A DNA stretch of 64,000 nt from Actinomycetota bacterium (lineage in GTDB: Bacteria; Actinomycetota; Acidimicrobiia; Spongiisociales; ZC4RG35). This document shows, in pieces, positions 1 to 9,243 of this stretch. The notes below the pieces were generated by a model, which saw nothing but the letters and a program-made list of their open reading frames with translations, ran no database searches and was not told the DNA's origin. Within the stretch, counting starts at the first letter, position 1. The number at the start of each line of letters is the position of its first letter. Both the position numbers and the translations under genes were made by a program. The stretch lies in the NCBI GenBank assembly GCA_052390035.1, contig JBQTHI010000109.1:1401-65400 (forward strand), read 5' to 3'.

Positions 1-486
1 GAACACCGAACCTAGTAGCGGGTGGTAGCCGTCGCGGTACTTGGCGTTCGAAGTTGTGTACGTGACGGCGCCCATGGTCCGCCCATGAAAAGCGCCGCGG
101 AAGACCACGATGCCCTGGCGGCCGGTCACCTTCTTGGTCAGCTTGACCGCCGCCTCCACCGCCTCCGCTCCCGAATTGGCGAAACCGAACTTCTCGATAG
201 GGGGTGGGGTGATTCGGGCCAAGCGCTCGGCTGCCTCGACCAGGGTGTCGTAACGAAAAACGCATCCGGAGTGGATGAAGCGATCTAGTTGGGCGTGGGC
301 CGCAGCTACCACTGCCGGGTGGTTATGACCCAGATTGGTGACGGCCGTTCCGCAGGCGAAGTCGGCGTATCGGCGTCCGTCGGCGGTGTGAACCCAGATG
401 CCCTGGGCGCGCTCGGCAACGATCTCGGTGTCGAAGTTGATCACCTGAGCGATTAATTGGCGGTGGCGGTCGAGTAGGTCGGTCAT
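1..486 (-). CDS. Class III (PLP-dependent) aminotransferase, N-terminal part; gene continues beyond window start
   Basis: Minus-strand translation from ATG at 486-484 gives MTDLLDRHRQLIAQVINFDTEIVAERAQGIWVHTADGRRYADF...GRQGIVVFRGAFHGRTMGAVT, with the GabT/ArgD-like FHGRT motif. An AGGAG RBS lies 6 nt upstream. It is not in the ORF track because it runs off the window edge. Confidence 0.6.
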   Translation of the reverse strand, partial: MTDLLDRHRQLIAQVINFDTEIVAERAQGIWVHTADGRRYADFACGTAVTNLGHNHPAVVAAAHAQLDRFIHSGCVFRYDTLVEAAERLARITPPPIEKFGFANSGAEAVEAAVKLTKKVTGRQGIVVFRGAFHGRTMGAVTYTTSNAKYRDGYHPLLGSVF

Positions 487-656
487 TCGTGACTCCTGGT
501 AGGCGGGTCATAGGTCGGGGAATCGAGGCGAAACCTCGACTACGGTGCCGCGAAAAGACCTGCCCGCCCACGGCGAGGGGGGGACGGGCGAAGGTCACGA
601 GCCATGGCCGGGATTCTAGTTGAAGCACACCATGAGCCGCGGAGGCCCTGCCGTTG

Positions 657-1034
657 TTATGCGAAGAAGTCGGTGATGACGGCGGTGTCGTCGGAAAAGG
701 CCCAACGGTGGGTGATCTTGCCGTTGCTCACGTGATAGATCTCGGCGGTCTTGTAGGCGAGGGTACCTTTCGGTCCGGTGGCATTGGCCCGGGCCAGCGC
801 CACCATGTGGGCGTCGTTGGCTATCACATCATGAAGGTCTACCTTGACCTGCCAATTACTACCGAGTCCCATCATCCTCTCTTGCAGTGCGGCCTTGCCC
901 CGGATCGGCTCGCTTGAACCGATCTCCCACCACTCGACGTTGTCGTCGATCATGTCGGCCCAGGACTCGAAGTCCCCTGAATCGAATGCCTTACTCACCG
1001 TTCGATATTTGGCAGCGTTGGGATGGTCCTCCAT
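657..1034 (-). CDS. NTF2/SnoaL-like (ketosteroid-isomerase fold) protein
   Basis: 125-aa ORF with the SnoaL-like pattern (DMIDDNVEWWEIG...GKITHRW). A strong RBS GGAAGGAGGG precedes the ATG at 1034. Confidence 0.6.
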   Translation of the reverse strand: MEDHPNAAKYRTVSKAFDSGDFESWADMIDDNVEWWEIGSSEPIRGKAALQERMMGLGSNWQVKVDLHDVIANDAHMVALARANATGPKGTLAYKTAEIYHVSNGKITHRWAFSDDTAVITDFFA

Positions 1035-1075
1035 GAGCCCTCCTTCCTAGGGTACGACCCGAAGCTACTCGCGCC

Positions 1076-1816
1076 ATGCATCAACAAGACGAAGAAGCTG
1101 AGCTTGACCGACTCTACGCGGCGCCCCGCGAAGAGTTCGTCAAACTCCGCAACGATCTCGCCAGCCGGCTGCGGAAGGAGGGAGATCAGAAGGCCGCCAA
1201 CCGGATCGGCCGGCTGTCGAAGCCGACGGTTTCTGCATGGGTAGTGAACCAACTCGTTCGGAACCGCCAGCTCGACGCCCAACGCCTAATCAAGGCGGGA
1301 GAGTCTCTTGAGCAAGCCCAACAGGCGGCATTGTCGGGAAGTCCTCGAGGCTTCGAGGCGGCTCGGCAAGAAGAAGGCGCCGCTGTTCGGTTGCTGCGGG
1401 CGGCGGCGGCTGAGACTCTCCCGTCGGTCACGTCAGCAGTCCTCGATCGGGTGGTCGTGACTCTGCGCGCCGCGGCGGCGACAGCCGCCGGGCGCAAACT
1501 CCTCGAGGAAGGGCGGCTGACCGACGACCTCGAACCGGTCGGATTTGGCGCTTTCACGCCGATGGGATCAACCGCCCGGGAGGAGCAGCCGGTCTCGGCC
1601 AGGATGGAAGCCCTCCGCCGACGCAAGGAGGAGGCAGATGCCAAGGCTGAGGCGCGGGCCATCGAGGCCCGGGATTTGGATCGGGCAGCGCGCGAGGCTG
1701 AGCAGGTGGCCAGTCGGGCGGCCCGGGCGGCGGCAACCGCTCGCAAGCGAGCCGAAACAGCCGCCGAACAAGCGCGACGGGTACAGGCGGAAATCGCCGA
1801 AGCGTCGAAGGAATAG
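1076..1816 (+). CDS. Hypothetical Ala/Arg-rich protein with coiled-coil C-terminus
   Basis: 246-aa ORF. The N-terminal half is conserved-looking (LYAAPREEFVKLRNDLASRLRKEG). The C-terminus is A/R/E-rich and low complexity. No family recognised. Confidence 0.45.
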   Translation: MHQQDEEAELDRLYAAPREEFVKLRNDLASRLRKEGDQKAANRIGRLSKPTVSAWVVNQLVRNRQLDAQRLIKAGESLEQAQQAALSGSPRGFEAARQEEGAAVRLLRAAAAETLPSVTSAVLDRVVVTLRAAAATAAGRKLLEEGRLTDDLEPVGFGAFTPMGSTAREEQPVSARMEALRRRKEEADAKAEARAIEARDLDRAAREAEQVASRAARAAATARKRAETAAEQARRVQAEIAEASKE

Positions 1817-1828
1817 TCGAGTGGCCGA

Positions 1829-2461
1829 TTAGAGCGGGGTTCCCACCTCAACCAACCCAGCCAACTCGATCAGTCCCGCCGCGGCCGGGATGAGCAGAGC
1901 CAAGCCAATCATCTTGCGACCCCAGTGAAAAGAGGGACGGATCAAGGTCCAGGCCATCAGGGTCATAACGATCACTCCAGCGGGCAGGGCCAGCCAGGTC
2001 CAGCGGGAAAAGCTGAAGAGATTCACGGCCACAATCCAAGTGGTGCCCCAGAAGAGCCCGAGGACCCCGGCGGCAACGCGGGGGATGGGTCGGGCTTCTT
2101 CCCGACGCCTGCTCCAGACGATGAACCCGAGGGCGACAAGAAGGCCTCCCATGACGTTGGCCTCGACTGCCAGCGTCCGTTTGGAGAGAAGTTTGGCGTC
2201 ACATTCCAACAGGATCACGCCTGGTTGATCGCCCAAGTCGCCGGCCGACTCAATCCTGGCGGTGGCCTCAGATTGGCTATCTGCGGGCGTCCCACAGAAG
2301 TAGCTGTCGCCTTCCCCCGCCGGCGTGAAAACCGGCGTGCGGTAAAGCGCTTGCGCGCCCACCAGGCAGAGGCCTGCCAGCAAGAGGAGACCGAGGCCGG
2401 CGTATCGAAGCGGGTTGGAGGCGGGCCGGGTCGATCTCGCGGGAGCTGTGATGGTCTTCAA
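1829..2461 (-). CDS. Hypothetical integral membrane protein
   Basis: 210-aa ORF with about 5 hydrophobic segments. Uses a TTG start in the track, so the real start is uncertain. Confidence 0.4.
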   Translation of the reverse strand: MKTITAPARSTRPASNPLRYAGLGLLLLAGLCLVGAQALYRTPVFTPAGEGDSYFCGTPADSQSEATARIESAGDLGDQPGVILLECDAKLLSKRTLAVEANVMGGLLVALGFIVWSRRREEARPIPRVAAGVLGLFWGTTWIVAVNLFSFSRWTWLALPAGVIVMTLMAWTLIRPSFHWGRKMIGLALLIPAAAGLIELAGLVEVGTPL

Positions 2462-2539
2462 AGGTGGGTCCCCCTCTTGTGAGATTTTACCGTTCTGGCC
2501 CCCAGCGATGTCAACAGCGCGAACGATGTCTGCCTGCGG

Positions 2540-2577
2540 CTAACTTGACAGTGATAACTGAGGCACGATAACTTGAC
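2540..2577 (+). promoter_or_regulatory. Candidate mmpL promoter with TAACTTGAC direct repeats (possible TetR operator)
   Basis: TAACTTGAC at 2541-2549 and 2569-2577. -35 TTGACA (2545-2550), 17-nt spacer, -10 ATAACT (2568-2573). Confidence 0.3.
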
Positions 2578-2597
2578 GCCGCTAACCAAGGAGATTG

Positions 2598-4790
2598 ATG
2601 GCAGGGTTTGCGGGATGGATCGTGCGGCGTCGGGTTCCCGTGTTGATAGCAAGCGTGCTGGTGATGTTGGGCGCCGGGTATCTCGGAGGCGGCGTTGCCG
2701 GGCGCCTCTCGAGCGGGGGATTTGAAGACGAGGGGGCAGAATCTTTTGCAGCGGCCGAAACCCTCGCCGAACAGTTCGGGGTGGGGGTGCCAGACATCGT
2801 CATCGTCGTCACCAACCCGGCGGGATCGATCGACAGTGCGGAGGCGGTAGCCGGAGGCACGGCGCTCACCCAACAGCTAGCCGACGAGGATCAGGTGGCC
2901 GAGGTCACCTCCTATTGGTCGCTCGGGTCACCAACTTCGTTGCGGAGCCAGGACGGAACTCGAGCGATGGTTTTTGTTTCGGTCGAAGGGAACCAGGCCG
3001 AGGTGCTGGCGAGGTCGGGTGAGCTTGCCGACCTTTACCGAGGCGAATTCCGCGGTCTTGATGTGGCGGTGGGCGGTAGTGGGCCGCTGTTCGCGGAGGT
3101 CACCGAGACTGTCGAAAGCGACCTGGTCAAAGCCGAAACCATCGCCTTTCCGCTCACCTTCATTCTGCTGATCCTGGTTTTCGGTTCTCTGGTGGCAGCA
3201 CTGCTTCCCCTAGGGGTAGGCGCCTTCGCCATCGTCGGAACCTTCCTGGCATTGGACCTCATCGCCCGCCTAACCGAGGTGTCCATTTTTTCGCTGAACC
3301 TCACCACCGCCCTCGGGTTGGGGTTGGCGATCGACTACGCCCTATTTGTCGTCAGCCGTTTCAGGGAAGAACTCGCCGCCGGCCACGAGGCACAGGCCGC
3401 GGCTGTCAACACCGTGCGCACCGCCGGGCGGACCGTGCTCTTTTCGGCGGGAACGGTGATGGTTTCGCTGGCGGCGATGATCGTCTTTCCTCTTGCCTTC
3501 CTTCGCTCGTTTGCCTATGCCGGGATGGCGGTGGTTGGCCTGACCGCGCTCGGCGCCGTCGTTGCCTTGCCTGCCCTGCTGGCCGTCCTCGGCCGCCGGG
3601 TCGACCGGCTCGCCATTCGCCGGGGCGCGGAAACCCGGAGCAAGGTCTGGCACCGGGTCGCCCTCGCTGTGATGAAGAGGCCAATTCCGATCGCCACCGC
3701 CGCCGTGGCACTGCTTGCCTTCCTGGGGCTCCCCTTCCTCCAGGTCAATCTGGTCCAGTCCGACGATCGGGTTCTTCCTCCAAGCTCACCCTCCCGCCAG
3801 GTCGGTGAGGTCCTCCGGGCCGAGTTCAACTCATTCGAGTCATCGGCCATCCAGGTTGTGGCGCCGGAGACAGACGAGCCCGTGGCGGTGGCCGACTATG
3901 CCACCTCCCTTTCCGCCCTGGATGGGGTGGCTCGGGTCGACACCACGACCGGAAGTTATGTGGGTGGCATTCAGGTGGTCCCCGCCGGTCCGGCTCATGC
4001 GCGCTTCAGCAACGGCGCTGGTACCTACTGGTCCGTCGTACCCGCCGTCGACCCCGGCTCCGAGGAAGCAGAAACCCTGGTCCACGAGGTCAGATCCCTC
4101 GATGCCCCGGGGGAAGTGCTGGTGGGCGGGGTGACGGCCGACTTGGTCGACACCAAGGCCGCGCTTTTCTCTCGACTGCCCGTGGCTCTTGGCTTCATCG
4201 GGCTGGTCACCTTCGTCGTGCTGTTCCTCATGTTCGGATCACTGCTGGTACCGGCCAAGGCGGTCGTTCTCAACCTCCTGTCGTTGTCGGCCACCTTCGG
4301 GGCGCTGGTGTGGATCTTCCAAGAGGGCCACCTGGCCGATCTGCTCGGGTTCACTCCGACCGGAGGACTTGATCTCACCGTCCCGATCCTCATGTTTGCC
4401 ATCGCCTTCGGCCTATCAATGGACTACGAGGTCTTCCTCCTCTCCCGTATCAAAGAGGAGCACGACTCCGGGGCGGATGACATCGGAGCCGTCGCGATGG
4501 GATTGGAGCGAACCGGGCGGATCGTCACTGCAGCCGCGGCTCTGATCGCCGTCGTGTTCATCGCCTTCGCCACCTCGCAGGTGACGATGATGAAGATGTT
4601 TGGAGTCGGCATGACTCTGGCGGTTCTCGTCGATGCGTTCATAGTCAGGGCAGCGCTGGTGCCGGCTTTCATGCGTTTGGCCGGTAGGGCCAACTGGTGG
4701 GCACCGCAATGGCTACGACCGATATACCGCCGTTTCGGCTTCAGTGAATCGTCCACGCCTCGCCTGGCCGGCAGCTGGGACCGAGTATGA
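2598..4790 (+). CDS. mmpL: MMPL-family RND transporter
   Basis: About 730 aa with 12 predicted TM helices and two MMPL-type periplasmic loops. ATG at 2598 follows AAGGAG at 2587-2592 (the track TTG at 2595 is less likely). Confidence 0.85.
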   Translation: MAGFAGWIVRRRVPVLIASVLVMLGAGYLGGGVAGRLSSGGFEDEGAESFAAAETLAEQFGVGVPDIVIVVTNPAGSIDSAEAVAGGTALTQQLADEDQVAEVTSYWSLGSPTSLRSQDGTRAMVFVSVEGNQAEVLARSGELADLYRGEFRGLDVAVGGSGPLFAEVTETVESDLVKAETIAFPLTFILLILVFGSLVAALLPLGVGAFAIVGTFLALDLIARLTEVSIFSLNLTTALGLGLAIDYALFVVSRFREELAAGHEAQAAAVNTVRTAGRTVLFSAGTVMVSLAAMIVFPLAFLRSFAYAGMAVVGLTALGAVVALPALLAVLGRRVDRLAIRRGAETRSKVWHRVALAVMKRPIPIATAAVALLAFLGLPFLQVNLVQSDDRVLPPSSPSRQVGEVLRAEFNSFESSAIQVVAPETDEPVAVADYATSLSALDGVARVDTTTGSYVGGIQVVPAGPAHARFSNGAGTYWSVVPAVDPGSEEAETLVHEVRSLDAPGEVLVGGVTADLVDTKAALFSRLPVALGFIGLVTFVVLFLMFGSLLVPAKAVVLNLLSLSATFGALVWIFQEGHLADLLGFTPTGGLDLTVPILMFAIAFGLSMDYEVFLLSRIKEEHDSGADDIGAVAMGLERTGRIVTAAAALIAVVFIAFATSQVTMMKMFGVGMTLAVLVDAFIVRAALVPAFMRLAGRANWWAPQWLRPIYRRFGFSESSTPRLAGSWDRV

Positions 4791-5437
4791 CCGAGCGAAC
4801 CAAAAAGCGGCGAACCGGCAGCCACCGCGCCCGCAAGGGCGAAGGCGCGCTGCTCCGAGAGGAGATCCTCGATGCCGCCGAAGATCTCCTCTATCGCCAC
4901 GGGAACATCGACGCCGTCTCGATCAGGGCGATCGCCCATCGAGTTGGGGTGACCCCGCCGGCCATCTATTTGCACTTCGAGGACAAAGACCGACTGTTTT
5001 ACGCGGTCTGCCGGAGAGGGTTTGATCGGTTCGCCGCCCGCCTGGCCCCGGTGATGGCCGGGGACACGCCGGCCATCGAAAGGGTCCGCCGGCTGGGGGA
5101 GGAGTACGTGCGTTTCGGACTCGAGAACTGGCAGCAGTACCCGGTGCTGTTCGGCGTCAAGACCAAAGTCAACGTCCTCCCCGAGGAACTGGCCGACGAT
5201 CCAGGGCTTCGCATCCTCGAGGGTCTAGTGGCATTGGTTGAGCAAGCCATGGTCGACGGCGACATCCGGGGCGACCTGAGCCCGGATACCGTCGCCGGAG
5301 TGATGTGGGCGACAGCACATGGCATCGTCGAACTTCTCCTCGGGGCCAAAGTCAACCCCGATCTGGTACCGGTGCCTTCGCCGGAGGTGCTGGTTCCCGC
5401 CACCTTGAACACGATCCTGGCCGGGTTTCGTCCCTAA
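4787..5437 (+). CDS. TetR-family transcriptional regulator
   Basis: N-terminal HTH ([29 protein letters not shown]). Start overlaps the mmpL stop (ATGA). Confidence 0.85.
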   Translation: MTERTKKRRTGSHRARKGEGALLREEILDAAEDLLYRHGNIDAVSIRAIAHRVGVTPPAIYLHFEDKDRLFYAVCRRGFDRFAARLAPVMAGDTPAIERVRRLGEEYVRFGLENWQQYPVLFGVKTKVNVLPEELADDPGLRILEGLVALVEQAMVDGDIRGDLSPDTVAGVMWATAHGIVELLLGAKVNPDLVPVPSPEVLVPATLNTILAGFRP

Positions 5438-5520
5438 GGCGACCTCCGGTTTTGGGGCGGACAACCAAATCGGGGCGTGGCTCTCTCGCCCCGGGACGGA
5501 AAATGCGACACTGGAGGTTC

Positions 5521-6663
5521 ATGCGGATCGGGATCTTGACCGGCGGGGGCGATGTCCCCGGACTCAACGCCTGTATCAAGGCGGTCGTCAACCGGGTGGC
5601 GGGGGAAGGGCACCAGGTAGTGGGAATCCGCCGCGGTTGGGGTGGGCTGGCCGACACCAATCCCGAGGATCCCGCCACGATTGAGGCGAATCTGATCACC
5701 CTCGATCCCAGCACCGTCCGCACGGTCGATCGGACCGGCGGCACGTTCCTCCACACCTCCCGCACCAATCCGGGCAAAGTCAAAGCTGTTCCCGAATTCC
5801 TTGCCGCCCGCTACACGGACGGTGGCCCCCACGATCTCACCAGCCATGTTCTTTCCGTGCTGGAGAGCCAAAAGATCGACGTGCTCATCCCAATTGGTGG
5901 AGACGACACACTCTCTTATGGCCTGAGGATGCACGAGGAAGGTGTGCCCGTTATCGCCGTTCCGAAGACCATGGACAACGATGTTCACGGAACCGACTAC
6001 TGCATCGGGTTTTCGACCGCGGTGACTCGGGGGGTGCAGTTCATACACAGCCTGCGAACCGCCACCGGATCACACGAGCGGATCGCGGTGGTCGAGCTTT
6101 TTGGGCGTTACAGCGGGGAGACATCGTTGATCACCGGTTATCTGGCCGGTGTCGACCGGGCCATCATCTCCGAAGTCCCCTTCGACATCACCAAGCTGAG
6201 CGGGATGCTGATTGATGACAAGCAACGCAATCCGTCCAACTACTCGATGATGACCATCTCCGAAGGCGCCCGGCTCCTCGAAGGTGAGATGCACCTGGCC
6301 GGGGAGGCCGATGCATATGGGCATCGCAAATTGGGCGGGGTCGGCGCCTTGATCGGTGAGCTGCTCAAAGAGGCAACCGGTGAAGACGTGGTGTACCAGC
6401 AGATCGGTTACCTGATGCGCTCCGGCGCCCCCGACTCCCTCGATTTGATGGTGGCGACCAATTACGCAGTGATGGCCGCCGACCTTGCCTTAGAAGGAGG
6501 TACCGGTCGGATGGTTGCCCTGCGCGGCGGCACCTACACCCACGTGCCTATCTCGGTGACTAGGGAAGGGGTGAAACGGGTCGATGTCGACGAGCTATAC
6601 GACATCGAAACCTACCGCCCCAAGGTACGCCACGTGCTGGGCAAACCCATGTTCCTCTACTAG
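5521..6663 (+). CDS. pfk: 6-phosphofructokinase, probably PPi-dependent type
   Basis: [17 protein letters not shown]...IGGDDTL...PKTMDND...FGRYSG. GGDD and PKT in place of GGDG/PGT are the known PPi-PFK determinants. GGAGG RBS lies 6 nt before the ATG at 5521; the longer track ORF overlaps tetR. Confidence 0.8.
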   Translation: MRIGILTGGGDVPGLNACIKAVVNRVAGEGHQVVGIRRGWGGLADTNPEDPATIEANLITLDPSTVRTVDRTGGTFLHTSRTNPGKVKAVPEFLAARYTDGGPHDLTSHVLSVLESQKIDVLIPIGGDDTLSYGLRMHEEGVPVIAVPKTMDNDVHGTDYCIGFSTAVTRGVQFIHSLRTATGSHERIAVVELFGRYSGETSLITGYLAGVDRAIISEVPFDITKLSGMLIDDKQRNPSNYSMMTISEGARLLEGEMHLAGEADAYGHRKLGGVGALIGELLKEATGEDVVYQQIGYLMRSGAPDSLDLMVATNYAVMAADLALEGGTGRMVALRGGTYTHVPISVTREGVKRVDVDELYDIETYRPKVRHVLGKPMFLY

Positions 6664-6689
6664 GGCGTCAAGCTAACTCTGGGCACCAG

Positions 6690-7712
6690 TCAAGACCGGG
6701 AGGTCACGCGGACTCCCGAGCCTGAGATCACCCGGCCAATCACCTGAGCTTGGTGGCCGATCTCGGCGCAGAGACGATCGGTGGCATCTGGCGAGACGAT
6801 CAGGCAGAAGCCGATCCCCAGGTTAAACACTCGGACCATCTCATCGTCGGACACGTCTCCCCAACGCTGGAGGACTCGAAAGGTTTCCGGCACCGGCCAG
6901 TGCTGGTCGAGGATCACCCCGAGACCGGTTGGCAGGATGCGAGGAAGGTTGCCGATCAATCCTCCGCCGGTGATGTGGGCGCCGGCCTTTACCCCTCCCC
7001 CGGACAACGCCGATATCACGGCCGGGGCGTAGACGACAGATCGATCGAGCAAAACCTCACCGATCGAAGCTTCGGCCCCAGGAAAACCGTCATCGAGCGA
7101 ACGGTCTCCGATTATCGCCCGGACGAGCGAATAACCATTGGAGCGCAGGTTGGGCGAGGCCAGTCCGATGACCAGGTCGCCTGGGGCGACCCGGTGGGCG
7201 CCCAGCTCCTGGCCATGTTCGACCACCCCTAGCCCGGTCGCCGCCAGGTCGACCTGGTCCGGTTCCATGATCCCGGGGTGTTCAGCGGTCTCGCCCCCGA
7301 GGAGCGGGCATCCCGCCTCCGAACATGCACGGGCAATAGAGGAGATGATGGTCACGTCCCGTTCCTCGTCGAGCGCTCCCACCGCCATGTAGTCGACCAG
7401 ACCGATGGTCTGCGCTCCGGCGGCGGCGAGATCGTCCACCACCATCGCCACCAGATCAAACCCGACGCCATCCCAGCGGCCTGTGCGGCGAGCCAGGTCG
7501 AGCTTGGTCCCGACTCCGTCGGTGGTCATCATCAGCACCGGCCGGTGATAACCCAAAGGGACGGTCACACCGGCGGCAAACCCCCCGAAGCCGCCTATCA
7601 CACGAGCAGACCAGGTGGATGTCACTAGTGGGCGTATCAGGTCGACATGTCGGTCTGCCCCCTCAAGGTCAACGCCGGTCGCCCGATAGGTGGTCGGGCC
7701 GTCCGCGGTCAT
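6690..7712 (-). CDS. purM: Phosphoribosylformylglycinamidine cyclo-ligase (AIR synthetase)
   Basis: MTADGPTTYRATGVDLEGADR...GGFGGF...TDGVGTKL. Start ATG at 7712-7710 overlaps the purF stop (ATGA). The upstream extension in the track is spurious. Confidence 0.9.
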   Translation of the reverse strand: MTADGPTTYRATGVDLEGADRHVDLIRPLVTSTWSARVIGGFGGFAAGVTVPLGYHRPVLMMTTDGVGTKLDLARRTGRWDGVGFDLVAMVVDDLAAAGAQTIGLVDYMAVGALDEERDVTIISSIARACSEAGCPLLGGETAEHPGIMEPDQVDLAATGLGVVEHGQELGAHRVAPGDLVIGLASPNLRSNGYSLVRAIIGDRSLDDGFPGAEASIGEVLLDRSVVYAPAVISALSGGGVKAGAHITGGGLIGNLPRILPTGLGVILDQHWPVPETFRVLQRWGDVSDDEMVRVFNLGIGFCLIVSPDATDRLCAEIGHQAQVIGRVISGSGVRVTSRS

Positions 7713-9145
7713 CTCGCTACGGAGACCGTTGGGATCTCCTCGAGGACGAACTTGCCCGATGCCGCGCCGACGTCCGTCGGATATTCGCCGGATAGGCAGG
7801 CATGACAGAACCCGCCGCTCTTCACCCCGGTCGCCTCGACCAGGCCGGCCAGCGTGAGATAGCCCAGTGAGTCCGCTCCAACATGACGGCGAATCTCCTC
7901 TGTCTCCATCCGGGCGGCGATCAGGGTCGTTCGATCGGAAGTGTCCATCCCGTAGAAGCACGGCCAGCGATAGGGCGGGGAGGAGATGCGCAGATGGACC
8001 TCGGCCGCCCCGCTCTCACGGACCAGCGCCACCAGCTGACGGGTGGTCGACCCGCGCACGATCGAATCGTCGATCAGCGCCACCCTTTTGCCGGCGAGGG
8101 TGGTCGCGATCGGATTCAGCTTGAGACGTACCCCGCGGTCACGTTGCAGCTGGCTCGGCTCGATGAAGGTTCGGCCCACATACCGGTTCTTGACGAGGCC
8201 GTCGGCGTAAGGGATGCCCGACTCCATCGAGAAACCCTGCGCTGCGGGGATGCCCGACTCCGGGACAGGCACGACAACATCTCCATCGACCGGGTGTTCG
8301 AGAGCCAGCCGGCGGCCCATCTCGTGGCGGGCGGCGTGGATGTTGCGACCGTAGAGCTGGGAGTCGGGACGGGCGAAATAGACGAACTCGAACAGGCAGA
8401 GGGAAGGTTCGGTCAGGGAGAAGGGGAAGACCGACCGGAGACCGGAGGCGTCGATCACGACCATTTCGCCGGGTGCAACTTCTCGCACCAGCCGGGCGCC
8501 AACAATGTCGAGCCCGGCCGACTCCGAGGAGAGGACCCAGCCGTCTTCGGCCAGCCGGCCAATACATAACGGCCGAAACCCGTTGGGATCACGCACCCCG
8601 ATCAGGCGGCCCTGATCCATCACCGTCAGAGAGAAGGCGCCCTGGAACGACGGCAAGACGTCGATGAGGGCTCGCTCAAGACCACGCCCATCAGAGCGGC
8701 CGTCTTCTACTGCCCGGCTGATCGCCTCCACCATCAACTCGGAGTCAGTGGTTCCCTGTCCCCGTCCGTATCGGCTGGCAAGCTCAACGGCGTTGGTCAG
8801 ATTGCCGTTGTGGGCAAGGGCGATCGAGGTTTGGCCGACCTGACGATGAATCGGTTGGGCGTTCTCCCATCGAGTCGAGCCCATCGTCGAGTAACGGGTG
8901 TGCCCGATCCCCAGATGGCCGTCGAGCCCGGCCAGCGATGACTCGTCAAAGACCTGGGCAACCAACCCCAGATCTTTGTACACGGTGGCCGTCCGCCCGT
9001 CGGAGGCGGCAATCCCGGCCGATTCTTGGCCACGATGTTGAAGGGCGAACAACCCGAAGTAGATGAGCTGGCTGACCTGGCGCCCCGGGGCATACACGCC
9101 GAAAACGCCACAAGCCTCGCCGGGGCTCGACTGTGGGTTGTTCAC
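7709..9145 (-). CDS. purF: Amidophosphoribosyltransferase
   Basis: CGVFGV N-terminal nucleophile, PRTase domain DDSIVRGSTT, and a C-terminal Cys cluster. Start is uncertain; a GTG at 9145-9143 gives MNNPQSSPGEACGVFGV. Confidence 0.85.
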   Translation of the reverse strand: MNNPQSSPGEACGVFGVYAPGRQVSQLIYFGLFALQHRGQESAGIAASDGRTATVYKDLGLVAQVFDESSLAGLDGHLGIGHTRYSTMGSTRWENAQPIHRQVGQTSIALAHNGNLTNAVELASRYGRGQGTTDSELMVEAISRAVEDGRSDGRGLERALIDVLPSFQGAFSLTVMDQGRLIGVRDPNGFRPLCIGRLAEDGWVLSSESAGLDIVGARLVREVAPGEMVVIDASGLRSVFPFSLTEPSLCLFEFVYFARPDSQLYGRNIHAARHEMGRRLALEHPVDGDVVVPVPESGIPAAQGFSMESGIPYADGLVKNRYVGRTFIEPSQLQRDRGVRLKLNPIATTLAGKRVALIDDSIVRGSTTRQLVALVRESGAAEVHLRISSPPYRWPCFYGMDTSDRTTLIAARMETEEIRRHVGADSLGYLTLAGLVEATGVKSGGFCHACLSGEYPTDVGAASGKFVLEEIPTVSVAR

Positions 9146-9243
9146 CGGACCATGGTATCGAGTTGGCCCCGGCTCAACTGACCATCGACCGGGAGGCAGA
9201 TTCTCCCTCTTGGGGGGACACCCACCGGTTGAGGGGGTAGGGC

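Noticed and set aside
5438-5520. Hairpin CGGGGCG-N9-CGCCCCG between tetR and pfk as an intrinsic terminator
   Set aside because: No U-tract follows. It may simply be a GC-rich palindrome in the pfk promoter region. Too weak to call.
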